Assembly (NCBI RefSeq): GCF_006345805.1
Contig: NW_021825699.1
Span: 1 to 15,039 of the forward strand
Direction of reading: 5' to 3'
DNA: 15,039 nucleotides
Source: Octopus sinensis
Lineage: Eukaryota
Below are positions 1 to 8,872 of this stretch, one piece after another (within the stretch, counting starts at the first letter, position 1; each line of letters opens with the position of its first letter). The translations under genes and the position numbers were made by a program. The notes under the pieces were generated by a model. The model did not search any database, was not told where the DNA came from, and worked only from the letters and a program-made list of their open reading frames with translations.

Positions 1-450
1 TTAGCACGCCAGACACAGTGCTTAGCAGCATTTTATCCATCTTTATATCCCATGTTCAAATCTCGCTGAGGTCAACTTTGCCCTTCGTCTTTTTGGAGCT
101 GACGAAAAAAAAAAAACTACCAGTGGAACACTTGGGTCAATGTAATCTGTTTCTTTATTACCCACAAGGGGCTAAACATAGAGGGATCAAACAAGGACAG
201 ACAAACGGATTAAGTTGATTACATTGACCCCAGTGCGTAACTGGTACTTAATTTATTGACCCCGAAAGGATGAAAGGTAAAGTCGACCTCAGCGGAATTT
301 GAACTCAGAACGCAACGACAGACGCAATACCGCTAAGCATTTCGCCCGGCGTGCTAACGATTCTGCCAGCTCGCCGCCCTAGGGGCAATGTAATCGACTC
401 GTGTCCCCTTCCAAAATTGCTGGCCTTGTGCCTATAGTAGAAAGGGTTGT
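1..450 (+). mobile_element. Old, diverged SINE A-type copy (1-147 and 396-~450) interrupted by a younger copy
   Basis: 1-147 resembles SINE A (ttagcacgcc...gaggtcaactttgcc...gtcaatgtaatc). It resumes after the insertion as gactcgtgtccccttcc with a different 3' tail. Confidence 0.7.
148..385 (-). mobile_element. Full-length tRNA-derived SINE, family A (octopus OR-type; central domain resembling MetaSINE/Sauria-type)
   Basis: The minus strand reads GGCGGCGAGCTGGCAGAATCG (A-box-like) ... GAGTTCAAATTCC (B box) ... TTTCATCCTTTCGGGGTC...AAGTACCAG ... tail ending TAATAAAGAAAC. A 10-bp TSD, CAATGTAATC, lies at 138-147 and 386-395. The family name is from recollection, not a search. Confidence 0.88.
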
Positions 451-632
451 TGATTTGCATTTGTCCAACACTGACAAAATAGACCAGGTGATTCTCAACC
501 AGATCGGTCATGTCCCTTTGGTAGCATTATGATCCTGCAAGATGATGGTAAATATTAAAGGTCTCAGTGCTATCAAGTGTGCTAAATGTTTTAGGGGGTT
601 TATTGATTTTTCATAGCACTAAAATATTTAGC

Positions 633-1040
633 GGATCTTTTCGGTTTGAACGGTAGTTTTTAACATAATTTCTAGGTAACCAAAAAATTTTAAACTTTGT
701 AGAATTTGTTTATAAAACATCTTTTTCTCTTGGATTTATTGAGAAAATTCTATAGTTTGTAAGATATTTGTTTTTTTTTCTTCAATTTCTGCAATTTCGA
801 CCAATCAATGGCGTCTATTGAGGTAAAAAACATTCTGTGCCGTATGAATATGTCCCTCGTTTAAGAAACAGATTGGGTTTATTTACATTTCTGAAGAAAA
901 AAAATATACCCTTCCCCCCACCCCTAACCCTAACCCTAAAACAGATTGAAATGCAATAGATGGATACTAGGGTCATAATTATGGGTGACAATTTCATATG
1001 ACACCACCAGAAAAAACTGCTGTTCAAACCAAAAAGATCC
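633..1040. mobile_element. Non-autonomous DNA transposon (MITE), Merlin-like
   Basis: 29-bp TIRs starting GGATCTTTT (633-661 and 1012-1040, 3 mismatches) and a perfect 8-bp TSD TATTTAGC (625-632 and 1041-1048). GG termini with an 8-bp TSD fit Merlin; hAT and P also make 8-bp TSDs. Internal (CCCTAA)3 at 922-939. Confidence 0.8.
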
Positions 1041-1415
1041 TATTTAGCCTTTTAGCATTCAAACGGGTCTTATCCAGCCCAAATTGTTCTACCTATTTTA
1101 TGTTCAAATTGGCCGGATCTGACTTCTCACGCCTAACCGACAATGCCATTCAAATTGTAAACTATGACATCATAGAAATCTCAAAGCTACAAAATAATGC
1201 ATGTGACTGGATATGCATAATATTTGACTGATTAATGTTGCTAACCTTTCTATATCTTCAGCAAGTATCTCAGAGTCACAAGTCTCTGTATACCTCACCC
1301 AAATGGAGCAATGAAGACTGAATTAGCTTTCACCTGTGGGAAAATTCCATCTGCTATCTCTAGCCAACCCAAACCACCTTGAACTAGTTTCAGCTGCCAT
1401 GGCTCTCTCCCTGGT

Positions 1416-1570
1416 GGCTTTCTTCAGTTTCTGTCTACCAAATCCACTCACGAGGCTTTGGTTGGCCTGGGTTTATAATAGAAGACACTTGCCTAAGGTG
1501 CTATGCGGTGGGACTGAACCTGAATTCACATGGTTGGGAAGTGAATTTCTTAACCACACAACCATGCCTG
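1416..1570 (-). mobile_element. SINE B head, old copy
   Basis: Reverse complement of the B head (GGTTCAGTCCCAC B box, ...CTTAGGCAAGTGTCTTC..., ...TGGTAGACAGAAACTGAAGAAAGCC), diverged from the copies at 4582 and 8680. Confidence 0.8.
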
Positions 1571-1646
1571 TCCCTTTCATTTAATTTCTGAACAATTAAA
1601 TGTATTTATTATTTAATAATCAGCGATATTTCCAGAGTCTTTACTG

Positions 1647-2030
1647 CTGCGGCCATGCTGGAGCACCGCCTTTAGTCGAGCAAATCGACCCCGGGACTTA
1701 TTCTTTTGTAAGCCCAGTACTTATTCTATCAGTCTCTTTTGCCGAACCGCTAAGTGATGGGGACGTAAACACACCAGCAATCGGTTGTCAAGCAACGCTA
1801 GGGGGACAAACACAGACACACAAACATATACACACACACTTATATATATATATATACATATATACGACAGGCTTCTTTCAGTTTCCACCGTCTACCAAAC
1901 CACTTACAAGGCATTTGTCGCCCAGGCTATAGCAGAAGACACTTGGCCAAGGTGTCACACAGTGGGACTGAACCTGGAACCATGTGGTTGGTTAGCAAGC
2001 TATTTACCACACAGCCACTCCTACGCCTAT

Positions 2031-2082
<52 letters not shown>

Positions 2083-2253
2083 CATACATATATACGACAG
2101 GCTTCTTTCAGTTTCATCTACCAAATCCACTCACAAGGCATTGGTTGGCCCGGGCTATAGTAGAGACACTTGCCCAGATGCCATGCAGTGGGACTGAACC
2201 CGGAACCATGTGGTTGGTAAACAAGCTACTTACCACACAGCCACTCCTGCGCC
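1647..2253 (-). mobile_element. SINE B locus: head (2253-2092) + (TA)n + head (2027-1862) + microsatellite + tail (to ~1647)
   Basis: Both heads begin GGCG(C/T)AGGAGTGGCTGTGTGG on the minus strand. The tail is the reverse complement of 4770-4950. Confidence 0.87.
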
Positions 2254-2534
2254 CTTGTTCATTCTTAATGGTAACCTTTTGGTATCTTTGCGAAAATTAT
2301 TGTCTATCATCTCCTTTTGTTTCAATTACACCAACACGATTTTTGTCCTTTGGTAGCAGCTGTTATAACCTATTTTCTTTCCCTTAGAAAGTATGAAAAA
2401 TGTCTCATATTTCCTTCCAATTTTGCTTTTGTTATAATATTTATTCAAACCCCCAAAGGCGCCCTCTCAACACATGACTGTCATGCTCCCCCACTACACC
2501 TGCTCATCATCAGAGATGCACATATTGTCAGCCT

Positions 2535-2887
2535 CGAGGGACATATTCATACAGCACAGAATGTTTTTTTTACCTCAATAGACGCCATTGATTGGTCGAA
2601 ATTGCAGAAATTGAAGAAAAAAACAACAAATATCTTACAATCTATAGAATTTTCTCAATATATCCAAGAGAAAAAGATGTTTTATAAACAAATTCCACGA
2701 AGTTTAAAATTTTTTGGTTACCTAGAAATTATGTTAAAAACTGCCGTTCAAGCGAAAAGATCCGCTAAATATTTTAGTGCTATGAAAAATCAATAAACCC
2801 CCTAAAACATTTAGCACACTTGATAGCACCGAAACCCTTCATATTTTCCATCGTCTTGTAGGATCATAATGCTACCAAAGGAACATG
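2535..2887 (-). repeat. Inverted duplicate of 509-859 (flank + TSD + left part of the Merlin-like MITE)
   Basis: The reverse complement aligns end to end with 509-859, including the non-MITE flank 509-632 and the same TSD junction (tatttagc|ggatc), with scattered substitutions. Confidence 0.92.
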
Positions 2888-2928
2888 CTCAAATGGTTAT
2901 AGTCAAGCAACTGACGAGCAAATCTGTG

Positions 2929-3144
2929 GAGCTGGCAGAATCGTTAGCACGCCGGTCGGAATGCCAAGTGGTATTTCGGCTGCCGTTACATTCCGAGTTC
3001 GAATTCTGCCGAGGTCGACTTCGCCTTTCATCCCTTTGGGGTCAATTAAATAAGTACCAGTTAGGCACTGGGGTCGATGTAATCGACTTAATACCTATGT
3101 CTGTCCCTTCTGTGTTTAGCCCCTTGTGGGTAATAAAGAAATAG
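2929..3144 (+). mobile_element. SINE A, slightly 5'-truncated
   Basis: gagctggcagaatcgttagcacgcc...gagttcgaattc...tttcatccctttggggtc...taataaagaaatag, inserted into X at aaatctgtgg|tattga. Confidence 0.87.
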
Positions 3145-3147
3145 GTA

Positions 3148-3760
3148 TTGAACAGAATATTTGCTATAAAGATATTTCTGCTTGAGCAACCCAGTGCTGA
3201 ATCGATCTGAAATGCAATGGAAAAATAGGTTAGTTTATAAACATTGATGTCCAGACCACAACAGCAAAGTGTGAAGGGAATGGTAGTCATTTCCTTTGAT
3301 TTCTAGATCGAAGCAAATAGGAAATAACACTTATTGACCAAAGACAACAAGGAAATCTGTGGTGTTGAGCAGAATATTTGCTAAAAAGATATTTTGTCTT
3401 CAGCAACTCAGCATTGAATCTGTCTGAAATGCAGTGTAAAATGGGTCAGTTTTAAAATGTTTGTGTCCAGCTCATAAAAGCAAAGCGTGAAGGGAATGGT
3501 AGTCACTTCCTTTGATTTCTAGATAAAAATCAAACAGGAAATAGCTCTTACTGACCAAAGACAACAAGGAAATCTGTGGAATTGAGCAGAATATTTACTC
3601 TAAAGATATTCCTGGTTCTGCAACTCGGCACTGAATCTGTCTGAAATGCAATGGAAAAATAGGTGAGTTTCAAAACATTGGTCCAGATGATAAAAGCAAA
3701 GTTGGAAGGGAATGGTAGTCACTTCCTTTGATTTATAACACTTACTAACCAAAAACAAGA
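3148..3760. repeat. Degenerate tandem repeat, ~2.8 copies of a 217-bp unit
   Basis: ttga(a/g)cagaatattt starts at 3148, 3365 and 3582. The motifs ctgaaatgca, gaagggaatggtagtca and ttcctttgattt recur in each unit. Confidence 0.9.
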
Positions 3761-3890
3761 ACAAAGATAAATAAGTTTTGTTACAGTCTTATTAAAGGGT
3801 CTGGTGTGGTTCATTCATGATGGCAAACTTGTAATTTCGTATTTGAGGTTCAAATCCTTACAGACCCCATAGAGGAGGTGTCTTAGGACT

Positions 3891-4131
3891 ATACCTATTT
3901 CTTTACTACCCACAAGGGGCTAAACACAGAGGGGACAAACAAACAAAGACAGACAAAGGGATTAAGTCGATTACATCGACCCCAGTGCGTAACTGGTACT
4001 TATTTAATCGACCCCGAAAGGATGAAAGGCAAAGTCGACCTCGGCGGAATTTGAACTCAGAACGTAACCGCAGATGAAATACCGCAAAGCATTTCGCCCG
4101 GCGTGCTAACGATTCTGCCAGCTCGCCGCCT
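3891..4131 (-). mobile_element. Full-length SINE A
   Basis: The reverse complement starts AGGCGGCGAGCTGGCAGAATCG and ends GTAGTAAAGAAATAGGTAT. No convincing TSD. Confidence 0.9.
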
Positions 4132-4372
4132 CATGGGTCTCTCAGGAATAGTGGGGCAGAGAAAATGAATGGATGGATGATGAATTCATTTCTTAAGCCC
4201 TTACCTGGTAATGATGAGTTAACTCGTCTTCATCGAATTTGTCTTTTTCAGAGTGCGATGGGTAAACTCATTTAAAACATATAATTTCAAAAACAGCCAC
4301 AGACAAGTTTATATGTCAATTTTCAGGATTTCTTGGTTTCTTGGGGTTTCTTTTACAAATTACGCCCAGATA

Positions 4373-4983
4373 GGCGCAAGAGTGGCTGTGTGGTTAGTAG
4401 CTTGTTTACTTACACATGGTTCCGGTTTCAGTCCCACTGCGTGTCACCTTGGGCAAGTGTCTTCTACTATAGCCTCGGGCCGACCAAAGCCTTGTGAGTG
4501 AGTGGATTTGGTAGACGGAAACTGAAAGAAGCCTGTCGTTATATATATATATATAGCATATATATATATTATATATATATAGGCGCAGGAGTGGCTGTGT
4601 GGTAAGTAGCTTGCTTACCAACCACATGGTTCCAGTTCAGTCCCCTGCGTGGCAACTTGGGTAAGTGTCTTCTGCTATAGCCTCGGGCCGACCAAAGCCT
4701 TGTGAGTGGATTTGGTAGACGGAAACTGAAGAAGCCCGTCGTATATATGTATATATATAGTATATATGCGTTGTTGTGTGTCTGTATTTGTCCCCCTAGC
4801 ATTGCTTGACAACCGATGCTGGTGTGTTTACGTCCCCGTTACTTAGCGTTCGGCAAAAGAGACCGATATAAATAAGTACTGGGCTTACAAAAGAATAAGT
4901 CCTGGGGATCGAGTTGCTCGATTAAAGGCGGTGCTCCAGCATGGCCGCAGTCAAGTGACTGAAACAAGTAAAAGAGTAAAGAG
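4373..4983 (+). mobile_element. SINE B locus: head (4373-4539) + (TA)n + full-length SINE B (4582-4983)
   Basis: tRNA-like head with A box TGGCTGTGTGG and B box GTTCAGTCCC, a CORE-like CTTGGG(C/T)AAGTGTCTT motif, an internal (TA)n, and a tail ending AAGTAAAAGAGTAAAGAG. Confidence 0.88.
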
Positions 4984-5356
4984 ATGTTAAGCTCAGAAAA
5001 ATAAATATATAAAAAAAGATTTTTAAGAAGACATGCTTAAAAAAAAAAAAAAATTAATTTTGGGTAATTCCCCTTTATTTTTGATGATAAATTTTGAAGA
5101 AAAAAAAGCAATAAATAAAAAAAATATTTAAAAATATGGGAAGATGAGTTATCTCATTTTTGCCGAAAATGGTATCTTCAAAATAAAATTTCAAGCAAAA
5201 TATTGGAAATAGATAAAATCAAAAGTTATTTCCATATTCAGCATTAAAAATACTATTTAAAAAAAAATAGCAATAAAAGAATTTGTCTTAAAATGTAATG
5301 TTTTCTCCCAAAATAATTCTCCAAGGAAGGCGTTAACTGGCCATTCATATCTTTAA

Positions 5357-5578
5357 CCCTTTCATTACTGTATTTATTTTGAGATACTCTGTGTTTCTTC
5401 CAATTATTGTAAATATAACAAAGAATTTAGTAAAATAATATCGTTATCATTGAGCTAGTGTTAAGAACATAAATTGTGACTAAGGTTTGGTGGAAGATTT
5501 GAATTCAAAACTTATGAAAACAAGACATTTGTACTAAAGAGCCCAGAGGCAGTTTCAGCCAGTTTGATAATGAGAGGG
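5357..5578. mobile_element. piggyBac-like MITE, copy 1
   Basis: TTAA|CCCTTTCATTAC ... GATAATGAGAGGG|TTAA (TTAA at 5353-5356 and 5579-5582); 222 bp. Confidence 0.82.
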
Positions 5579-5729
5579 TTAAATACCCTCTACATCTGGG
5601 CAGATGGACGTTAGAAACAGTTGAAAGGGTGTGGACTGAAGGAAATTTAGGCTACTATTTCTAGCATATAGAGTGACCACATTAAGGTCTCCTTCCCTCA
5701 TGTTTTCTGCTGATTATTTTTCTTCTTAA

Positions 5730-5950
5730 CTCTTTTGTTACCATATTTATTTTGAGATGCTCTGTGTTTCTTTCAATTACTTTAAATATAACAAAGAATT
5801 TAGTAAAATAACTTAGTTATCATTGAGCTAGTGTTAGGATCATAAATTGTGACTAAGGTTTGGTGGAAGATTTGAATTCAAAACTTATGAAAACAAGACA
5901 TTTGTACTACAGAGCCAGAGGTGGTTTCAACCAGGTTGGTATCAAAAGGG
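5730..5950. mobile_element. piggyBac-like MITE, copy 2
   Basis: TTAA|CTCTTTTGTTACCA ... TGGTATCAAAAGGG|TTAA; 221 bp; internal sequence homologous to copies 1 and 3. Confidence 0.82.
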
Positions 5951-5981
5951 TTAAGAATTGTTTCTCTATTATATATTTTAA

Positions 5982-6203
5982 CCCTTTTATTACCATATTT
6001 CTGTTGAGATGCTCTGTGTTTCTTTCAATTAATTTTAAATATAACAAAGAATTTAGTAAAATAATATCGTTATCATTGAGCTAGTGTTAGGAACATAAAT
6101 TGTGACTAAGGTTTGGTGGAAGATTTTAATTCAAAACTTATGAAAACAAGACATTTGTACTAAAGAGCCAGAGATGGTTTCAGCCGGGTTGGTAACAAAA
6201 GGG
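5982..6203. mobile_element. piggyBac-like MITE, copy 3
   Basis: TTAA|CCCTTTTATTACCA ... TGGTAACAAAAGGG|TTAA; 222 bp. Confidence 0.85.
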
Positions 6204-6327
6204 TTAATTCCAGAATCAACATTTACAAATCATGTTACCTTTTTTCTTTTTTCTTTTTTCTTTACAGGACTATCCATCACAAATTGTCTGACCCTTCTTT
6301 TAGTTCTACTTTGCTCTCTCTTTTCAG

Positions 6328-6389
6328 GTGGGTTCGCATTTGTCTATGTGGCCCAGGATATCAGCACAGGCAAGGAGTACGCCTTGAAA
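6328..6389 (+). CDS. GAK: Internal coding exon of cyclin G-associated kinase (GAK/auxilin): glycine-rich loop to the catalytic Lys of the kinase domain
   Basis: Pyrimidine tract and ttttcag| acceptor, AAA|gtaagt donor; 62 bp, phase 1 to phase 0. It encodes (G)GFAFVYVAQDISTGKEYALK, close to human GAK GGFAFVYEAQDVGSGREYALK as recalled; the size and phases also match my recollection of human exon 2. Neighbouring exons were not found in the window. Confidence 0.9.
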
Positions 6390-6419
6390 GTAAGTTCCCT
6401 TTTTTTTTTCTTTTCAATG

Positions 6420-6750
6420 TAACTCTTCTCATTTTTTCTTTTGCAGCCCCTATACCTACTCTCTCTCTTCCTTCCTTCCGTCCTTTCTCTCTCTCTCCCT
6501 CTCTTTTCTTTCTATCTCCTTTCTCTTTCTCCCTCCTTTCTTCCTTTCTGTCTTTCCTTTTCTCTCTCTTTCTCTCCTTTCAATCTCCTTCCTCACTCTT
6601 TCTATCTTCAATGCTTCTCTCTTTATATATATATATCTTCTTTCACATGTCTCCTTGTCTCTCTCTCTCTCTCACCCCTTCTATATCCTCCCTTGCTCTC
6701 CCATTTTATTCTCTCCCTTTCTCTCTGCCTTTTCACTCTGCCTCTCTGTC
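6420..6750 (+). repeat. CT-rich polypyrimidine low-complexity tract
   Basis: About 330 bp composed mostly of C and T just downstream of the exon donor. Confidence 0.85.
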
Positions 6751-6833
6751 TAATGTTACTTAACAAACTTTCTAGCTTTAAATGAGTTGTGATGAGCATT
6801 ACAACACCCCTTTGCAAGAGATAGACTGGTCCA

Positions 6834-7122
6834 AGTATGGCCGATGCCAGCGCCGCCTTGACTGGCTTCTGTGCCGGTGGCATGTAAAAAGCACCAACCG
6901 ATCGTGGCCACTGCCAGCCTCCCCTGGCACCTGTGCTGGTGGCACGTAAAAAGCACCAACTACACTCACGGAGTGGTTGGCGTTAGGAAGGGCATCCAGC
7001 TGTAGAAACACTGCCAGATCAGACTGAAGCCTGGTGCAGCCTCCTGGCTTCCCAGACTCTGGTCGAACTGTCCAACCCATGCTAGCACGGAAATCAGACG
7101 TTAAACGATGATGATGATGATG
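6834..7122 (+). mobile_element. SINE C (OK/Ceph-type) 3' portion with RTE-like tail
   Basis: Duplicated gtgc.ggtggca.gtaaaaagcacc subrepeat, GAGTGGTTGGCGTTAGGAAGGGCATCCAGCTGTAGAAAC domain, and a tail GTCCAACCCATGC...GACGTTAAAC(GAT)n typical of RTE-mobilised SINEs. Confidence 0.85.
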
Positions 7123-7925
7123 TGAGTGAGTTCAATGTCAGAGTTCAGAGTTGAGTGAAGTTCATGTTAGTTGACAGTGAAGTTGGAAGGAGTCAGTTGG
7201 TTAGTTCACAAAGAATATTGATTGTTGGTTTATAAAGAGATTTGTTAGTTCATTACATTGTTTTTACTGTTGGCTGGTTATCTTAACAAATTATGTTACA
7301 ACAAAATGATAAACATTTGATTTCCTAATCAGCTGCCTTTGCAGAACACTATTTAATAGAAACAACTTTAAACTGAGTTACAGCTGTATCTTCAACACAA
7401 GTCTTTATACCATGTAAACCAGTTAAACTAACTGAAGCTAACTGCAAATTCAGAATTTCAAATGCATGCCCTCTTAATAATTTATACAAAGCTGAAGTCA
7501 CCTCCCCTGGTTGAACTTTTAATATTGTGTATAAATACTATGATGGTATCATGGAAGATAAATTTAAAGACTGGTACTTGAATTATATTTCTGTTTTTAG
7601 AAATATAAACAAGAGGATGGCAGCAAACATGTTCAGTTGTACAATTTCAGCATCTAGTGGAAGATGTTGAGAGATGCAGGCTATATAGAAATGGGATAAA
7701 TCATTAAAAAGGAATTGATACTCAAAAATATCCTAATAACTGTGGGAACTAACTAAATCAAACTATCTAAATGTCAGATCAGAGATGCTTACTAAATGAC
7801 ACCACTTTGACAAGTACCTCTTAAAACACTAGACCGTACCACCAACTGGTTGATTGGACTTTTTACCTGAAACATTCATTCATTTTCACTAGTAGACATC
7901 CTGGATCCTACTATGTATATTTCAG

Positions 7926-7927
<2 letters not shown>

Positions 7928-7978
<51 letters not shown>
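7928..7978. repeat. (TA)n microsatellite
   Basis: Perfect AT dinucleotide run of about 50 bp. Confidence 0.95.
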
Positions 7979-7984
<6 letters not shown>

Positions 7985-8679
7985 CTCTATGACATTTTCT
8001 GCTTGTTATCTTTCCATGTTTATTTCCATAAAGCTGTATACTCCAATACTTAAGTATTTACTAGAAGCATTCACATTCTCTCTCCTTCTCTCCAACTTTA
8101 TCCTCTTACAGATGGCTACTGAACTTTAACTTTCCATATAGACCTTTTTCTTTATATTTATATATTAAATTTCTTCTTTCAGTTTTCTTTATATTCCACT
8201 TTCTCTGCTAGCAGATATATATTTTTATACATTTTTGTAAGCTGTTTAAATGCTATCATTTCCATTTTTAAGTCTTTCTACTCACCAACTGGAATTAACC
8301 TTCTCCCAAGAATATTATCTAAGAGGTTTTTTCCCCCGTAGAACCAGAAATACATTCTGTATCACAAGGTTATTTCTATAACAAGCAAAATATATCACAT
8401 GGTTATTTCTATGTTTACCTCTGTCAGATTGTTTATCATAAACTGAAAGTGAAACTTGAAGTTATGACAAAATATCATTAATATCATCAGTGTGTGTGTA
8501 CTTCACTGAGCCTCACTTTACTATAATATTGAGTACTCTGTTTTTGTTCCTGTAAGTAATCAAACCTTTACACACACACACACACACACATGTATTTGTG
8601 TTTATATATATATATATTATATACTATATATATATATGTGTGTGTGTATATATATATATATATGTGTGTATATATATAC

Positions 8680-8841
8680 GTGCAGGAGTGGCTGTGTGGT
8701 AAGTAGCTTGTTTACCAACCACATGGTTCCGGGTTCAGTCCCACTGCGTGGCATCTTGGGCAAGTGTCTTCTGCTATAGCCTCGGGCCGACCAATGCCTT
8801 GTGAGTGGATTTGGTAGACGGAAACTGAAAGAAGCCCGTCG

Positions 8842-8872
<31 letters not shown>

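Larger units (their letters stand above)
2442..3168 (-). mobile_element. Fragment of repeat X, interrupted twice (X segments 2442-2534, 2881-2929, 3145-~3168)
   Basis: The reverse complements of these segments are collinear with X at about 13275-13441 (ccacagatttgct.gtcagttg...gagcatgt.cc | ggctgacaatatgtgcatctctgat...gtgttgagaggg). Confidence 0.8.

Noticed and set aside
1046-1245. Possible old piggyBac-like MITE starting tttagccttttagcattc
   Set aside because: It resembles an octopus repeat I recall, but the right TIR and TTAA are not recognisable and there is no second copy in the window to confirm it.
2317-2796. 159-aa ORF
   Set aside because: It runs across repeat X and the inverted MITE copy, starts at a non-ATG codon, and resembles no protein family.
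2911-2919. CTGACGAG hammerhead-like core
   Set aside because: The other X copy reads CTGACAAG at this position, and no flanking stems or GAAA are correctly placed.
2931-3010. SINE heads as functional tRNA genes
   Set aside because: They have A/B boxes but no complete cloverleaf or acceptor stem, and they continue into SINE bodies.
1299-4260. Possible nested minus-strand gene: donor CAG|GTAAGG at 4205/4204 and a 35-bp mini-exon at 1333-1299 (VKANSVFIAPF)
   Set aside because: No start codon in frame, no recognisable homology, and such splice-like sites arise by chance. It would need RNA-seq support.
6284-6785. 159-aa and 114-aa Leu/Ser/Phe-rich ORFs
   Set aside because: Translations of the CT tract, out of frame with the real GAK exon.
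8090-8480. Acceptor-like sites (cctcttacag at ~8111, ctgtcag at ~8427) as candidate GAK exon 3
   Set aside because: The downstream frames hit stops quickly and do not resemble the expected RLL...E...QE.. sequence.
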